Shown one piece after another: positions 1 through 10,861 of a stretch of DNA of 21,834 nt; positions within the stretch are counted from its first letter, which is position 1, and every line of letters starts with the position of its first letter. The notes below the pieces were generated by a model. The model did not search any database, was not told the DNA's origin, and saw only the letters and a program-made list of their open reading frames with translations. The position numbers and the translations under genes are program-made. Origin of the DNA: Zygophlyctis sp. KS116 (lineage: Eukaryota; Fungi; Chytridiomycota); NCBI GenBank assembly GCA_054661495.1, contig BAAFSQ010000170.1, forward strand, positions 1-21,834. Reading direction: 5' to 3'.

Positions 1-2
1 CA

Positions 3-164
3 AAACTATTTTCTGGAAAATCTCTGCATCATGACTTGGATGAGATTTCAAAGATTTCTGAATTAAGTGAAATTAATACTTTTGTAGACAAGTGGAGTCA
101 AGCATGGAATTGTAAGCTAGCATGGCGATCTGCACTCATGGTTGAACGTGGTTTCAACTCTTGA
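3..164 (+). CDS. Possible 3' end of an upstream gene (partial, unknown product)
   Basis: Frame 3 is open from the window edge to TGA at 162-164 (KLFSGKSLHHDLDEISKISELSEINTFVDKWSQAWNCKLAWRSALMVERGFNS). No family recognised. Confidence 0.3.
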   Translation, partial: KLFSGKSLHHDLDEISKISELSEINTFVDKWSQAWNCKLAWRSALMVERGFNS

Positions 165-247
165 AGCTTGTCTAAAAAGTCTGGATTTATTACTTCCTGA
201 GGACGTTTTCAAAACAAAAAAATCGCGTTTGAAAATTTTATCGAAAG

Positions 248-2846
248 ATGCAAGATGAGATTTTGGTCTCTGAGTTATCTATAGAACAATACAACTCGGA
301 ACTTGTAATGAAGGAAAATGATGTGATGGAAAGTAATCAAGAGGAAGATGCTGCTAAAATGGAAATTCAAAACTTGACTGATATAACAGAATTTAAAAGC
401 ATCCAAGGAGAACCTGATCAAGTCTGTGAAAGTTTAGAAATACTATCATTAATCCAATCAAGATACATACATATACTATCAAATGAATTTAAGGGGAATG
501 CATCAGGGAAAATAGGAAAGGCAGAGGCGATGATTTGTGATTGTGTTTATGATAAAGGTTACTAATTACAGTTTACTCTTTTAGATCAAGATTACAAGTA
601 TTCAGCCTGTGGGTATTGGTCAGATTGTATTAATAGGTCATTGTGTATTGAATGTAGTATAGAAACTTGTCCGGTAGAGTCGCGTTGTCAAAATAGGAGG
701 TAGCTTTAAGATTTTAATCAGTAGATTTCAACTAAGACAAAATGCTAAAATGCATGTATTTGATGCAGGAAAAAAAGGTTTAGGTTTGAGGTTGCTTGAA
801 GGAATTGCAAAGGATGATTTCATTATTGAATATACTGGAGAGGTGATATCAGAGGCGCAATTTCAAAAGAGGAAAAAAGAATACTCAAAGAGTGGTGTAC
901 AACATTTTTATTTTATGGGCCTTCAGAATAATGAAGTAATTTTAGATTATCTTAGTAAAAGTATGTAGATGCCCAGAAAAAAGGAAATATTTCACGCTTT
1001 ATGAACCATTCTTGTAATCCAAATTGTGTTTTACAAAAATGGGTGGTTGGTAATAGAATGAGAATGGGAATTTTCGCGTTGAAGGATATTCCTGCTGGAA
1101 CAGAATTGACATTTGATTATAATTTTGAAGTTTATGGGTATTTTGTCTTTGTTAATAGTAAGGCAAGAGGCTCAAGTTTGTTATTGTGAAGAAGAATGCT
1201 GCAAAGGATACATTGGAGGGGATAATAAATCAAAAGATGCTGGTCAGTTAGTATCTTCTGATGAGGAAGATGAATGTATTTTTTAAACAATTAATTTTAG
1301 TCAATGAAGATGATTTGTCAGAACTTCATAAGGATGGAAAGGAAAAACAAGATTTAAAGGGAAACGATTTGTATACCCCGCAAGATGTGTTATTACTTGT
1401 GCAGAAAATTAGAATTTATTCTTACAGCTCGAAAAAAATCTCCAAGCTGTTGAAAAGACTTTTGGTAATAATTGAATGCTTATTTTTAGAAAACAGAAAA
1501 TACTTCTGCACTCAGAATATTTGTTCAAAAATGTGGAATTTCAATCTTAACTTCAGTTCTAAGTCTTTACTATAAAGATCCAACCAATGTTGAAATTTTA
1601 TTGATGGTATTCTATGATATTATCTTATTCTAGATTCTTCAAACCTTACGTAGACTTCCAATTGCAACAAAAAACCCAGTCGAAAAAGTGGAATTACTAA
1701 TAGATGAATTAATTTCATTTGCAAGTGCAGAAGTTATTCCGTTTGCGCAAGAAGTAATTTTTGAAATTTCTTATAATAGCTTAAAAATTCATGGAAAGAT
1801 TTGCCAAAGGTGTATAAAATCCCAAAGAGAGATTCAATTGCAAAAGACACAGATATGATAAAGTCTCCATCAGTTTCTAGCTCAAAGGATAAAACTTGGG
1901 AGAAAGACATTACCCCGATCATCCCGGTTTTCGCTAGTCGTCTTAGTGCTGATTCTAATGGGGATACATTCCGTTACATTCATATATCCAAAAATCAATA
2001 TGCTGGGGATATAGATAGTAGCGAGCAGTCAACAGATCGGAGAAGACCTCGTTCGCCTTCTCGTCACAAAAATGAGAAATATTTCGACTCTTCTTATTCA
2101 CATAGGAGAAGTAACTCTTCTTCAAGTAGTTCATGTAGCTCCTCACGCTCAATGAGCCAATCCAGATCCAGATCAAACTCAAGGAATAGAAACAATAATT
2201 ATGGGCGTGCATACTCAAGATCGAAGTCTCCTAGTCAAGGAAAAGTGCCCCATTATTTTAATGACATTGAAATGGAAGACCAGCCCTCAGTACCTCCTAT
2301 TCCCGCTAAACAGTATATCGAATACGAATTCTATGAATTTGACGATGAAAAGGATGAAGATTTGGAAGTAAAAACCCCATTCGTCGATAATATGTCTCCG
2401 GCTGATTTGAAAAAACTCAAGACAGAGGTAGTGTAAATTTTTTTAAATGTAATTAGATATCTGCTATCATTGTAAAGTCTCTATCGAAATATAAGTTTAA
2501 GACTGATGAAAAATTCAAAGAATTAGCCAAAGCCGTATGTTTTGATTTCTAATAAAAACAGTTGACTGAAACTATGATGGATAAGGAGCGACGTTCACGA
2601 GGCTCAAAGATATTTGAAGGGATTAATGAAAAAACAAAAAATGGTATCAAAAAATGGCTTCACAAGTATATGAAAAAGAAGGGATTCAAGCACAAATCAT
2701 CCGTGTCAAAAAGTGGAAGCAAGAAAAAGTCAAAATCTGATCACAGTAAAGCTCATAGGGAGCACAAGAAACATTCCCGCTCTAGCAATGGCAAATCTAC
2801 AATGATTACGGACCAGAAAATCAGACCTGCTGAAGTATCAAATTAA
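248..2846 (+). CDS. SET2: Histone H3K36 methyltransferase Set2 (AWS-SET-postSET, Ser/Arg-rich region, C-terminal SRI-like domain); 10 introns
   Basis: Spliced product has AWS ([16 protein letters not shown]...CQNRRFQ), SET (KKGLGL...[10 protein letters not shown]...[20 protein letters not shown]...ELTFDYNF) and post-SET ([14 protein letters not shown]). Introns: 558-584, 700-724, 936-961, 1138-1162, 1276-1300, 1465-1489, 1607-1633, 1754-1779, 2428-2456, 2535-2561; each restores the frame. Confidence 0.93.
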
Positions 2847-2870
2847 TTTGTGTGTATTTTATTTTTAGAA

Positions 2871-4138
2871 TTAGTGAAGTTTCTTTTCAACAGCTGTTCC
2901 CATTTCTTCATATTGTTGCTTTGATATCCACAACTGATGGAACGTTCCTAGAGATGAAAGGATAGAACCTCCAATCCAAGCACCAAACTTCCTTTCAACA
3001 GATGATCCTGGGGCATGAACTTTAATTTTTGCCTATATATTATCAATTTTAAAAATACCCCTGGAATTCCAGAATAGAGTTCATTATAAATTCTATCGCC
3101 AAAGCCAGGCATCAGTGTAGTACCACCCATTAATACAATATTAGACAATAATAGACTTCTTAAATCAATATCTACGTTATTCAATGCTGAACGAATCAAA
3201 TGAATCAATGGAGCATGACTTGGAGCAGTTGCAGGATCTTCTTCTGAAGACCTAATTATATATCTAGGATCAAAGAGTCCTTCCACAAGTCTAAATCTTT
3301 CAATTCGATAAGCATTATTATAACCATTTGGAAATTCATAATTTTTTGTAGCCTTCTTTATCAAATGATTTGGATTAAAAGGACCTTCAGACACTGCACA
3401 AACTGTTTCTTTAAAATCATCCACAGTTTTGTAAGTCTGTAAATCATGAAAAGAGTCTGAAGTTTGAGATCTCCTATTTGGATATTCCTTGTAAACTGGA
3501 GGTAGCGCCGAATCGACAGGTGACTTTGAAGAAACAAGATATTGGGGAACAATTCGTACTTTTGACTTTTCAAAATGCCTAATTATCTGTTCTGATACAA
3601 AATCTCCTCCTACAGCCTGAAACTGTACCCCCTTCTTTAATACATAACCATCATGAACAGGAACTACTGAAGTTTTTGAAGATCCAACATCAATAATTAA
3701 GGCAGTAGATTTTCCAACAGAGAATGCTGATAATACAGACGATCTAGCTAAAAACATTCCTGGTAATTTAAACTTTTCAAAGCCCAATTCCAGTATTTTT
3801 TCCCGAGATTCTTTTGAATTCCATTCAGGATCGGAGAGAATGAGCGGAACCTGTTCAGACTGTAGCCCCAAATCTTTAAAACAAGTTTCCCATAGACTCT
3901 CATAACCATCCCAATCCACAACCACCCCCTGATTAACAACGCTCGACACCTCCATTCCCATTCTCCAATGGTGCACAGCGTCGCCTGTTAATTTCTTATT
4001 CCCAACTGATGCAGTCTTTGAAGCAAATACTCTTCTAGGAACATCCTCACCAGAATAGCCAGCCTTGACTGTACTTGAGCCTACGTCCATGACAACAGCA
4101 GACACTTCATCGCCGCCATAAACCATTGGATGAACCAT
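2871..4138 (-). CDS. ARP4: Nuclear actin-related protein Arp4/BAF53; 1 intron
   Basis: N-terminal [29 protein letters not shown] is typical of Arp4. Removing intron 3033-3058 (26 nt) gives the C-terminus [33 protein letters not shown] and TAA at 2871-2873. The start could be 4138 or 4126. Confidence 0.92.
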
Positions 4139-4159
4139 TTTTACCAACTAGGTTTCTGA

Positions 4160-4289
4160 CTCTAAACCTTGTCAGCAATGTCAAATTTGGAAAAACCCCT
4201 TATGTCTATAAACCTAGTCAGCAATCTCTTATTTTTCCTTTCTAGGAATATGTCTCTAAACCTAGTCAACAATGTCAAATTTGGAAAAA
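4160..4289. repeat. Imperfect direct triplication in the ARP4/RPA49 divergent promoter
   Basis: CTCTAAACCT(T/A)GTCA(G/A)CAATGTCAAATTTGGAAAAA occurs at about 4160-4195 and 4254-4289, with a truncated middle copy TATGTCTATAAACCTAGTCAGCAAT at 4201-4225. Confidence 0.85.
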
Positions 4290-5382
4290 ATGCAAGCTTC
4301 GCTCTCAACTTCTGCCAAGCCTGTATTCCTCTGCTACAGTAATCTGGACCCCCCAAAAGACGCTGGATTTGATTTATACTCTAAAGGAGAAAAAAAAATT
4401 CTAAATTTTTCTAATAAAGTCTTGGAATTCTCTGGATCTCCAGCAGATGGATTCTCTAAATATCTGATTGGAGTTAAAGATGGAAATTCAGTCTTGTTAA
4501 AGGAATTTATTCCAGTAGAAATTTCAGGAAAACTTATAATGAAATCTGAAAGGAAAAGAATTTTGAAATCTTTAGACTCTAGAAATTCTTTAGGAGAAGA
4601 ATTTGGGTCTAAAAAGAAGAAGAAGGAAATCAAATCTAAAGAAATCAATAAAGTAAATTCAGTACTAGGAATAGATAATATTGCTATAGAAATTAAGGAA
4701 TCTTCACCAATGTCTTCACCCAGTCAACAAACATATTCTCTATTGACTCCTGATACTACTGCTTCTAGAAGGGAACAGGTGTATGATTTGTGGCATGTTT
4801 TACCAAGAGGGGATTATAATAGTCTGGAAATTAATTATTTAATGAAAAAGAGTATAGAAGATTTAAAGAGTGAATTAGAGCCTCTAAAGTATACTTTTTA
4901 TAAATTAAAAATCTAGGTTAACATCATATGTTTTAAAAAAGTTGTCAAGTTCAATTGTTGAAAAAGACGAAAAAACTTTCAAGATGGGACTATATATAGG
5001 ATTTTTAATGAAATTTTATAGACTAAGGGATAGAGAAATTAATCCAGAAACTTTAGGATCAGCTGGATTATTAGGAGCATCTCCAGAAATTATTGATACT
5101 TTTATAAACAAGTATACAGAATATTCAGTTTTTAATGGATCCATAAAATATAGAAGTTCTAGTCAGTTAAAAGATAGAATTTTAGCTTCTATAGCTGTAA
5201 TTTCTCAACATTTGGATGATTTTAACACTGATATAAATCAATTAATTAGTGATTTGGGAATTTCAGTCACAAAAATGGTTAAAATTTACAAGGAATTAGG
5301 AATTAGAATTCAAGTCGTTAAAAAGTCTAAAATGGCTATTTTAACTCTTCCTTTAGTATTTGCAAGCCCCAAAAAATATTAG
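4272..5382 (+). CDS. RPA49: RNA polymerase I subunit A49/PAF53-like; 1 intron
   Basis: Motifs RNSLGEEFGSKKKKK, LLTPDTTASRREQVYDL and LHLDDF-like QHLDDFNTDI...DLG...YKELG...AILTLPLVF. Intron 4889-4916 (28 nt) joins the two ORFs in frame. The start is 4272 or 4290. Confidence 0.82.
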
Positions 5383-6071
5383 AATTCACATAATTTCCAG
5401 AGATTTTTAGGTATACTATGTGCAAAATTTGATTCTCTTCCAGAAATATAGTATGAGTGTTTATGATACGCCAATAACCCATCAAAATTTGGATTATTCA
5501 TCCAATCATTTAAAATATTTTTCCAATTTTCATCATTTCCATCTATTCTAGGCAACAGATTAAATGAATATTCATTTGCCAGCGCAACTTTTGACATTTC
5601 AGGCTCTAAGCAGGAACTTAACCAATGACTTCTAAATTCAGCTTCGCAATCAAAAAATTGACAATCTTTCCAGACTAAAACATCTAGAACCCAAAACATA
5701 TTATTCAGAAAGAATGCATCAAGTATACATCCAAATACCTTATCAGATGAAGCATAAGACCCATTTGGAAGCATTGATTTGAATGAAAACTTTAAGTCTA
5801 TTGCTCGAGTAGCCTGATCAGCAGAAGAAACAAGCGTTTGCTTTGACCCGAAAAGATGAGGAAGCCAGATATAGTCTGATCTCCCTTGGACAAGAGCGGC
5901 CAAGTCTTTTTGAATGACTGGACTTGAAATCATTAATTTAAAATCAGACTCTTCAATTATTGTCCTCCCTAAATTTAATTGCATGGAGCGATTCTTTTTG
6001 AAAACATCAGTTTTAAAGAATGATCTGGATTTGATTCTGTCTGTTGGATCTTTTAGATTGAGAAATGTCAT
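5379..6071 (-). CDS. SNUPN: Divergent snurportin-1-like protein (m3G-cap-binding domain)
   Basis: FKSMLPNG, ILDAFF, FWVLDVLVWKDCQFFDCEAEFRSHWLSS and FDGLLAYHKHSYYISG follow the snurportin-1 C-terminal domain pattern. Intronless. Confidence 0.8.
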   Translation of the reverse strand: MTFLNLKDPTDRIKSRSFFKTDVFKKNRSMQLNLGRTIIEESDFKLMISSPVIQKDLAALVQGRSDYIWLPHLFGSKQTLVSSADQATRAIDLKFSFKSMLPNGSYASSDKVFGCILDAFFLNNMFWVLDVLVWKDCQFFDCEAEFRSHWLSSCLEPEMSKVALANEYSFNLLPRIDGNDENWKNILNDWMNNPNFDGLLAYHKHSYYISGRESNFAHSIPKNLWKLCEF

Positions 6072-6142
6072 TTCAACTGATGCAATAAAATTTTGTTGTA
6101 CCAGATTCCGTTTAAAAATTTTTGTTGCACTGCCGTTGGAGA

Positions 6143-6857
6143 ATGGGAATGGGACAAAGTAGAGTGGCAGAGTTTATGAGATACTCTGTAAGACCCACAA
6201 TGTATGAAAATGAAAAACACTGGTGTCGTTATGTAATTTCTGTATTTTAAATTAAAGTGTGGCTCAAAATCTAATCTGACAGTTGGTCCTTGGGGATCTA
6301 AAACAATTTGCTCTTTTAACTGTTCTAAAGCCTTAAATTTAGATAGTTTACCGGATCTTATTAGACCGATTTCGCAACAATTCTGTCATTCTTGTAAATC
6401 TAATTCTGCTTGCTCTTCAAATCCAATCTTTCAATGTGATGGATGTCCTAAAGCTGTTCATTTAAAATGTTTTAATGGTCAAATTCCAAAAGATTTATCT
6501 AAATCATCAAAAAAAAGATGGTTTTGTTCAGTAGATTGTAATCCTGATGGTCAATTAACCAGAAAATCAAGTAGAAAATCAATTAGAAAAACTAGTACAA
6601 TACAAGTAGTTGATTCAAAGAGGAGAAAGACTACTCCCTCAACTCCTCCTCCTGATGATTATAATATACCAAAGTTTGTTAAAAAAGGTGGATATCTACT
6701 TAAATAATTATTAGAGATTTTTACTCCAAATTGGAAAATAATAGTTCCTAAAAGCATCAGAGGAAGGAAACGATTAGCAAAAGAAGATATTTCAGATAAA
6801 ATCTTTATTGATCGTCATGCTAGATGTGAAGATTTGGAAAGGATGTTCGGACACTAA
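6143..6857 (+). CDS. 220-aa chromatin protein with GATA-like zinc finger, PHD finger and PEHE-like motif; 2 introns (absent from the ORF track)
   Basis: ATG 6143; introns 6233-6257 (25 nt) and 6688-6714 (27 nt); TAA 6855-6857. Product includes WCRYCGSKSNLTVGPWGSKTICSFNC, FCHSC...IFQCDGCPKAVHLKC...WFCSVDC and EIFTPNWKII...EDISDKIFIDRHARCEDLER. Confidence 0.8.
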
Positions 6858-6872
6858 TAAATTAATTCTGAA

Positions 6873-9420
6873 ATGAAACGTAAAATAACTCTTGAGACTT
6901 GTGAATCTGATTCTACAGATTCAAAGGAGGATCTAAGTCAGAAAATTAAATCTATGGATTTACAGGCTGATGATTCAGACTATTGTGAGGAACAAGATCA
7001 AGAAAACTCTGATTCTTCTCAGCCGAAAACTGTGAAAAGCTCTTTAAAACTCAATAGTAATCTTGGAACAAAAGCATTGGGGATGTCTCGTAGATTCATT
7101 CCAATAATAAGAGATCAAACGTTTAAGCCATTGCCAAGAGTTGGCATAAAATCAACTGGGATACAACAGACAAATATATTAAAACCATTCTCTATTCCTA
7201 AATTCACTGCTGGAAGATCTCATTTGGCTGGTGGAGTCAGGTATGGTAACACGCTTGGGATGCGAAGAAGTGCTATTCAAAGAAGAGGTCCGCTGCATGA
7301 TCCAGAAGAAGAAGGGGCTATTGTGTTATATATTCCAAAGGTTATATTGTCTGTTGCACAACAGTTTTCTATGACTTTTAAAAAGGATTCTAATGAACCT
7401 GAAGGAGAAGTTCATGTCGTAATCGATCCGATCTTGGGTAAAGTACTTAGGCCGCATCAAATTGAGGTAGAATAAAGATATTTTATAAATAGGGAGTTCG
7501 TTTTCTATATGAATGCGTCAATGGATTTACTGCACCTGATATGTTTGGATGTATAATGGCTGATGAAATGGTATTTTCTAATTTTCTAAAGATTATAGGG
7601 ACTTGGTAAAACATTACAATGGTACAATTATTGAACTGACTTTAAAGTATTGCGCTTCTTTGGACACTTTTAACACAATCTCCACATCCAGGAAAATCAA
7701 CGATTGAAAAAGCAATTATTGTTTGTCCTTCTTCTCTAGTTAAAAATTGGGGAAATGAGCTAAAGAAATGGCTTGGGGAGAATCGAATTCGTAATTATTC
7801 TCTAATTAATTAAAGGTCCTTATTCTTGTGATGGAAAAGGGACAAAGGATCAGACTATTAAAGATCTCGAACAATTTGTTTCGGCTAAAGGGAGGGGAAT
7901 AGTGAATTCAGTTTTGATTATTTCTTATGAAACACTTCGCATATACACAACTATACTAATTAAAACTGAAATTGGCCTGATTCTTTGCGATGAAGGACAT
8001 AGACTAAAGAATGCTGATTCTTTAACATATCAGACATTGAATTCACTGAATGCAAAAAGGCGTGTTATTCTTTCAGGAACGCCCATTCAAAATGATTTAA
8101 CTGAATACTTTAGTTTGCTTAGTTTTGCAATTCCTAATGTATTGGGTACTGTGCCTGAATTTAGGAAAACGTTTGAAATCCCTATTTTAAGAGGAAGAGA
8201 TGCGGATGCTTCTGATAAGGAAAGGAAAGAGAGCGAAGGGAAACTCTCTGAATTATTGGCGATTGCAAACAAATTCATCATACGAAGAACTGCTGAACTT
8301 CTTACAAAGTATCTTCCAGTCAAGTACGAATATGTAGTATTTTGTAAATTACAAGCTGATCAGCTGGAAGCTTATAAAATGATTTCAACTTCAAAGGAAT
8401 TCACGTCTGTAACTACTCCTCTACAAGTTATAACAATTCTTAAAAAACTCTGCAATCATCCCACTCTTTTGCGTGAAAAGGATATTGGTGATCTTATTGA
8501 AATTCCTAAATATAATGAACGTATTCCGCAAGCCGACCTTTCAGGCAAGATGGGTCTTTTAGATAAAATGCTGATTCGTCTTAGGTAATATCTCATAATT
8601 AAATCATAGAAAAACCACATCTGATAAAATTGTATTAATTTCCAATTATACACAAACGTTGGAGTAAATCGTCTATATTAATCTTTAGTTTTATGGAAGC
8701 GCTTTGTAGACTAAGACAATATGGAGTTTGCAGATTAGATGGTACCATGACAGTTCAGAAAAGACAGAAGCTTGTAGATAGATTCAATGATCCTTTTGGT
8801 ACGGATTTTGTATTTCTATTATCATCCAAAGCTGGAGGATGCGGCATTAATCTTATTGGAGCCAACCGCCTGATATTATTTGATCCTGATTGGAACCCAG
8901 CCTCTGATGCTCAAGCTCTTGCTCGTGTCTGGAGGGACGGCCAAAAAAAGATGTAAATAATCCATAATAACTCTAGGTGTTTTATTTACCGCTTTATATC
9001 CACCGGTACTATAGAAGAAAAGATATTTCAAAGACAAGCGCATAAACAAAGTCTTAGTTCATGTGTAGTAGATGAAGAACAAGATGTAGAACGGCATTTT
9101 TCTTTGGAATCTCTAAGAGATTTATTTCAACTAAAAGAAAACACGCTCTGTGATACTCACGACACCTTCAAATGCAAACGCTGTAAAGATGGAAAACAGT
9201 TTATAAGACCACCTGAAGGAACAATCAATACTGGAGCTACAGCGGCAGACACATCTACATGGAGCCATTTCAGTCAGATTGAGCTTTCTAAAGTGTATGA
9301 TCCAGTCTTAAAGGAAGAATCTATGAATGATTCAACTGTAACTTTTGTATTTCAAAACAAGGTATTTATTTTCAAAGTTTACAATAGTCGCATGATCAGC
9401 AAATTGTAAAGTTGAAGTAA
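6873..9420 (+). CDS. RAD54: DNA repair/recombination SNF2-family ATPase Rad54; 8 introns
   Basis: [119 protein letters not shown]-terminal FVFQNKSH. Introns: 7467-7492, 7571-7598, 7622-7647, 7791-7815, 8585-8609, 8664-8688, 8953-8976, 9362-9387. The true start may be a later Met. Confidence 0.95.
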
Positions 9421-9456
9421 TCATTAAGTCACCGTGCCCTAATTTTAACTGGTGAA

Positions 9457-10068
9457 ATGCCAACCGCCAAAAGCCCACTTGATAAAATCAGCTCTCTTTT
9501 TGTCTCTCGCCAATGGACCCAATGTCTTGATAAATGTTCCTCTCTTGACCTTTCAAACCTTAATTCTGATCAAGTTGCAGTATACTTTCTCCTGTACCAA
9601 AGAACAATTTTAGAACTCAAGTCTGATAAGAATACTCAAGTCTGGAATCTTATAAACTCTTATTATAGCACCATTCATCAAATCCCAATCCAAATATGCA
9701 TTCTTGAAATCCACACTCTCTTGGCTCTTGATCAACCCAAAGAAGCATCCAATCTTTGTGAATCCCTCTATTCTCGCGGCTCTGATCTTGAAATCCTTGA
9801 AATCCATCTATTTTCTGTGATAATCCCTCACTCTCTACTATCTAATACTCTTGAAATTTCCTGTTGGATTGATGAAAAATCTAAATTATTAGAATTGAAT
9901 CTTGAAAGTTTCAAGACTAGAATTCATCATAAACCAGTTGGACCTATTAAATCTAAAGGTGGGAATATACTCGACCATTTAAAAAAGAGTTGGCTTACTA
10001 GGGGAACAATTCTTTTTCTTTTATTTCTATTTCTACGACATGTCCGTTATAGATACAAGACCTTTTGA
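9457..10068 (+). CDS. PEX26: Tail-anchored peroxin Pex26-like protein
   Basis: Helical N-terminus resembles Pex26 (LDKISSLFVSRQWTQCLDKC; VWNLINSYYSTIHQIPIQICIL; ILEIHLFSVIIP). C-terminal hydrophobic segment TILFLLFLFL is followed by the basic tail RHVRYRYKTF. Confidence 0.62.
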   Translation: MPTAKSPLDKISSLFVSRQWTQCLDKCSSLDLSNLNSDQVAVYFLLYQRTILELKSDKNTQVWNLINSYYSTIHQIPIQICILEIHTLLALDQPKEASNLCESLYSRGSDLEILEIHLFSVIIPHSLLSNTLEISCWIDEKSKLLELNLESFKTRIHHKPVGPIKSKGGNILDHLKKSWLTRGTILFLLFLFLRHVRYRYKTF

Positions 10069-10403
10069 ATTTCTACCAAGAGTTGCATTGATTCTAATTT
10101 TATTTGCTCAAGACCGTCCTTCCCCAGAATAATACCAGAGTCTAAAGTCTGCAAGCGATGATCAATATCTGGAATGTCTGGAGTTAATAGATCTAAATCC
10201 TGTATATTTAAAGCCTGAGAGTGCAATAACTGAATTTTTTTAAGAATTTGAGATCTAGAAGTTTGAATCAACAGTTTTTCCTGATCACAAATAATATTAG
10301 ATTTTGGACGATGATCAGACTCTAAAGCTGCTAGACAGTTTAACAAGTGTGTTACATGTGTGACTATAGAAGACACTGACTGAGAAATTTGAGATTTATC
10401 CAT
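10047..10403 (-). CDS. Hypothetical small helical protein (about 118 aa)
   Basis: Uninterrupted ORF with amphipathic, coiled-coil-like composition. ATG at 10403 (alternative 10418). Its 3' end overlaps the PEX26-like gene by 22 nt. Confidence 0.55.
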   Translation of the reverse strand: MDKSQISQSVSSIVTHVTHLLNCLAALESDHRPKSNIICDQEKLLIQTSRSQILKKIQLLHSQALNIQDLDLLTPDIPDIDHRLQTLDSGIILGKDGLEQIKLESMQLLVEIQKVLYL

Positions 10404-10439
10404 TCTCGCCCTACGCATGCGTCCCAGTGATTTCTAGTC

Positions 10440-10600
10440 TGTACAAGTCTTGACTAGGAAGCCACGCCCACGCCCAGGCACGTTAAACAGGCAAACGGAA
10501 ACGTCACCCACAAGACAGCCACCCACTGTAGAACTGCAGATCGTGTGAATCTAGACTTTAAATCCTCCGACGCCCTTCAAAAAAACGGGTCATCGCATCC
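10440..10600. promoter_or_regulatory. GC-rich divergent promoter segment
   Basis: Locally C-rich compared with the window, with tandem CCACGC units (GCCACGCCCACGCCC near 10461-10475). It lies between divergent start codons 10403 and 10609. Confidence 0.4.
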
Positions 10601-10608
10601 ACATTGAA

Positions 10609-10839
10609 ATGCCTAGCTGGAATCAAAGTTTGTCTGGTCTTGAAAATCTATCGCACTTGGACCTAAAGAGTCACGTAAAGAGTTTGTTAAAGGTAATTTT
10701 AAAATATTAAGACTAGAAAAATAACGATGGGAATAGCATCAAGACGTCTTCTTCCAATGGATCAGTAAAAACTGCTTCTGATATAAATCTGGAAAAGATT
10801 CCTAATCTTTCTTGTGTAAAACAAAATCGTTATCTTTGA
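10609..10839 (+). CDS. Hypothetical 68-aa microprotein; 1 intron (absent from the ORF track)
   Basis: ATG 10609; intron 10693-10716 (GTAATT...CTAG, 24 nt) removes an in-frame TAA; TGA 10837-10839. Product MPSWNQSLSGLENLSHLDLKSHVKSLLKKNNDGNSIKTSSSNGSVKTASDINLEKIPNLSCVKQNRYL. Confidence 0.5.
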
Positions 10840-10861
10840 GCGCGACTTTCTTTTTTTTTAA

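Noticed and set aside
10816-10861. Splicing of the 68-aa ORF into acyl-CoA oxidase through a 25-nt GT...GAG segment
   Set aside because: The product would hit TAA at 10859-10861 immediately before the oxidase ATG.
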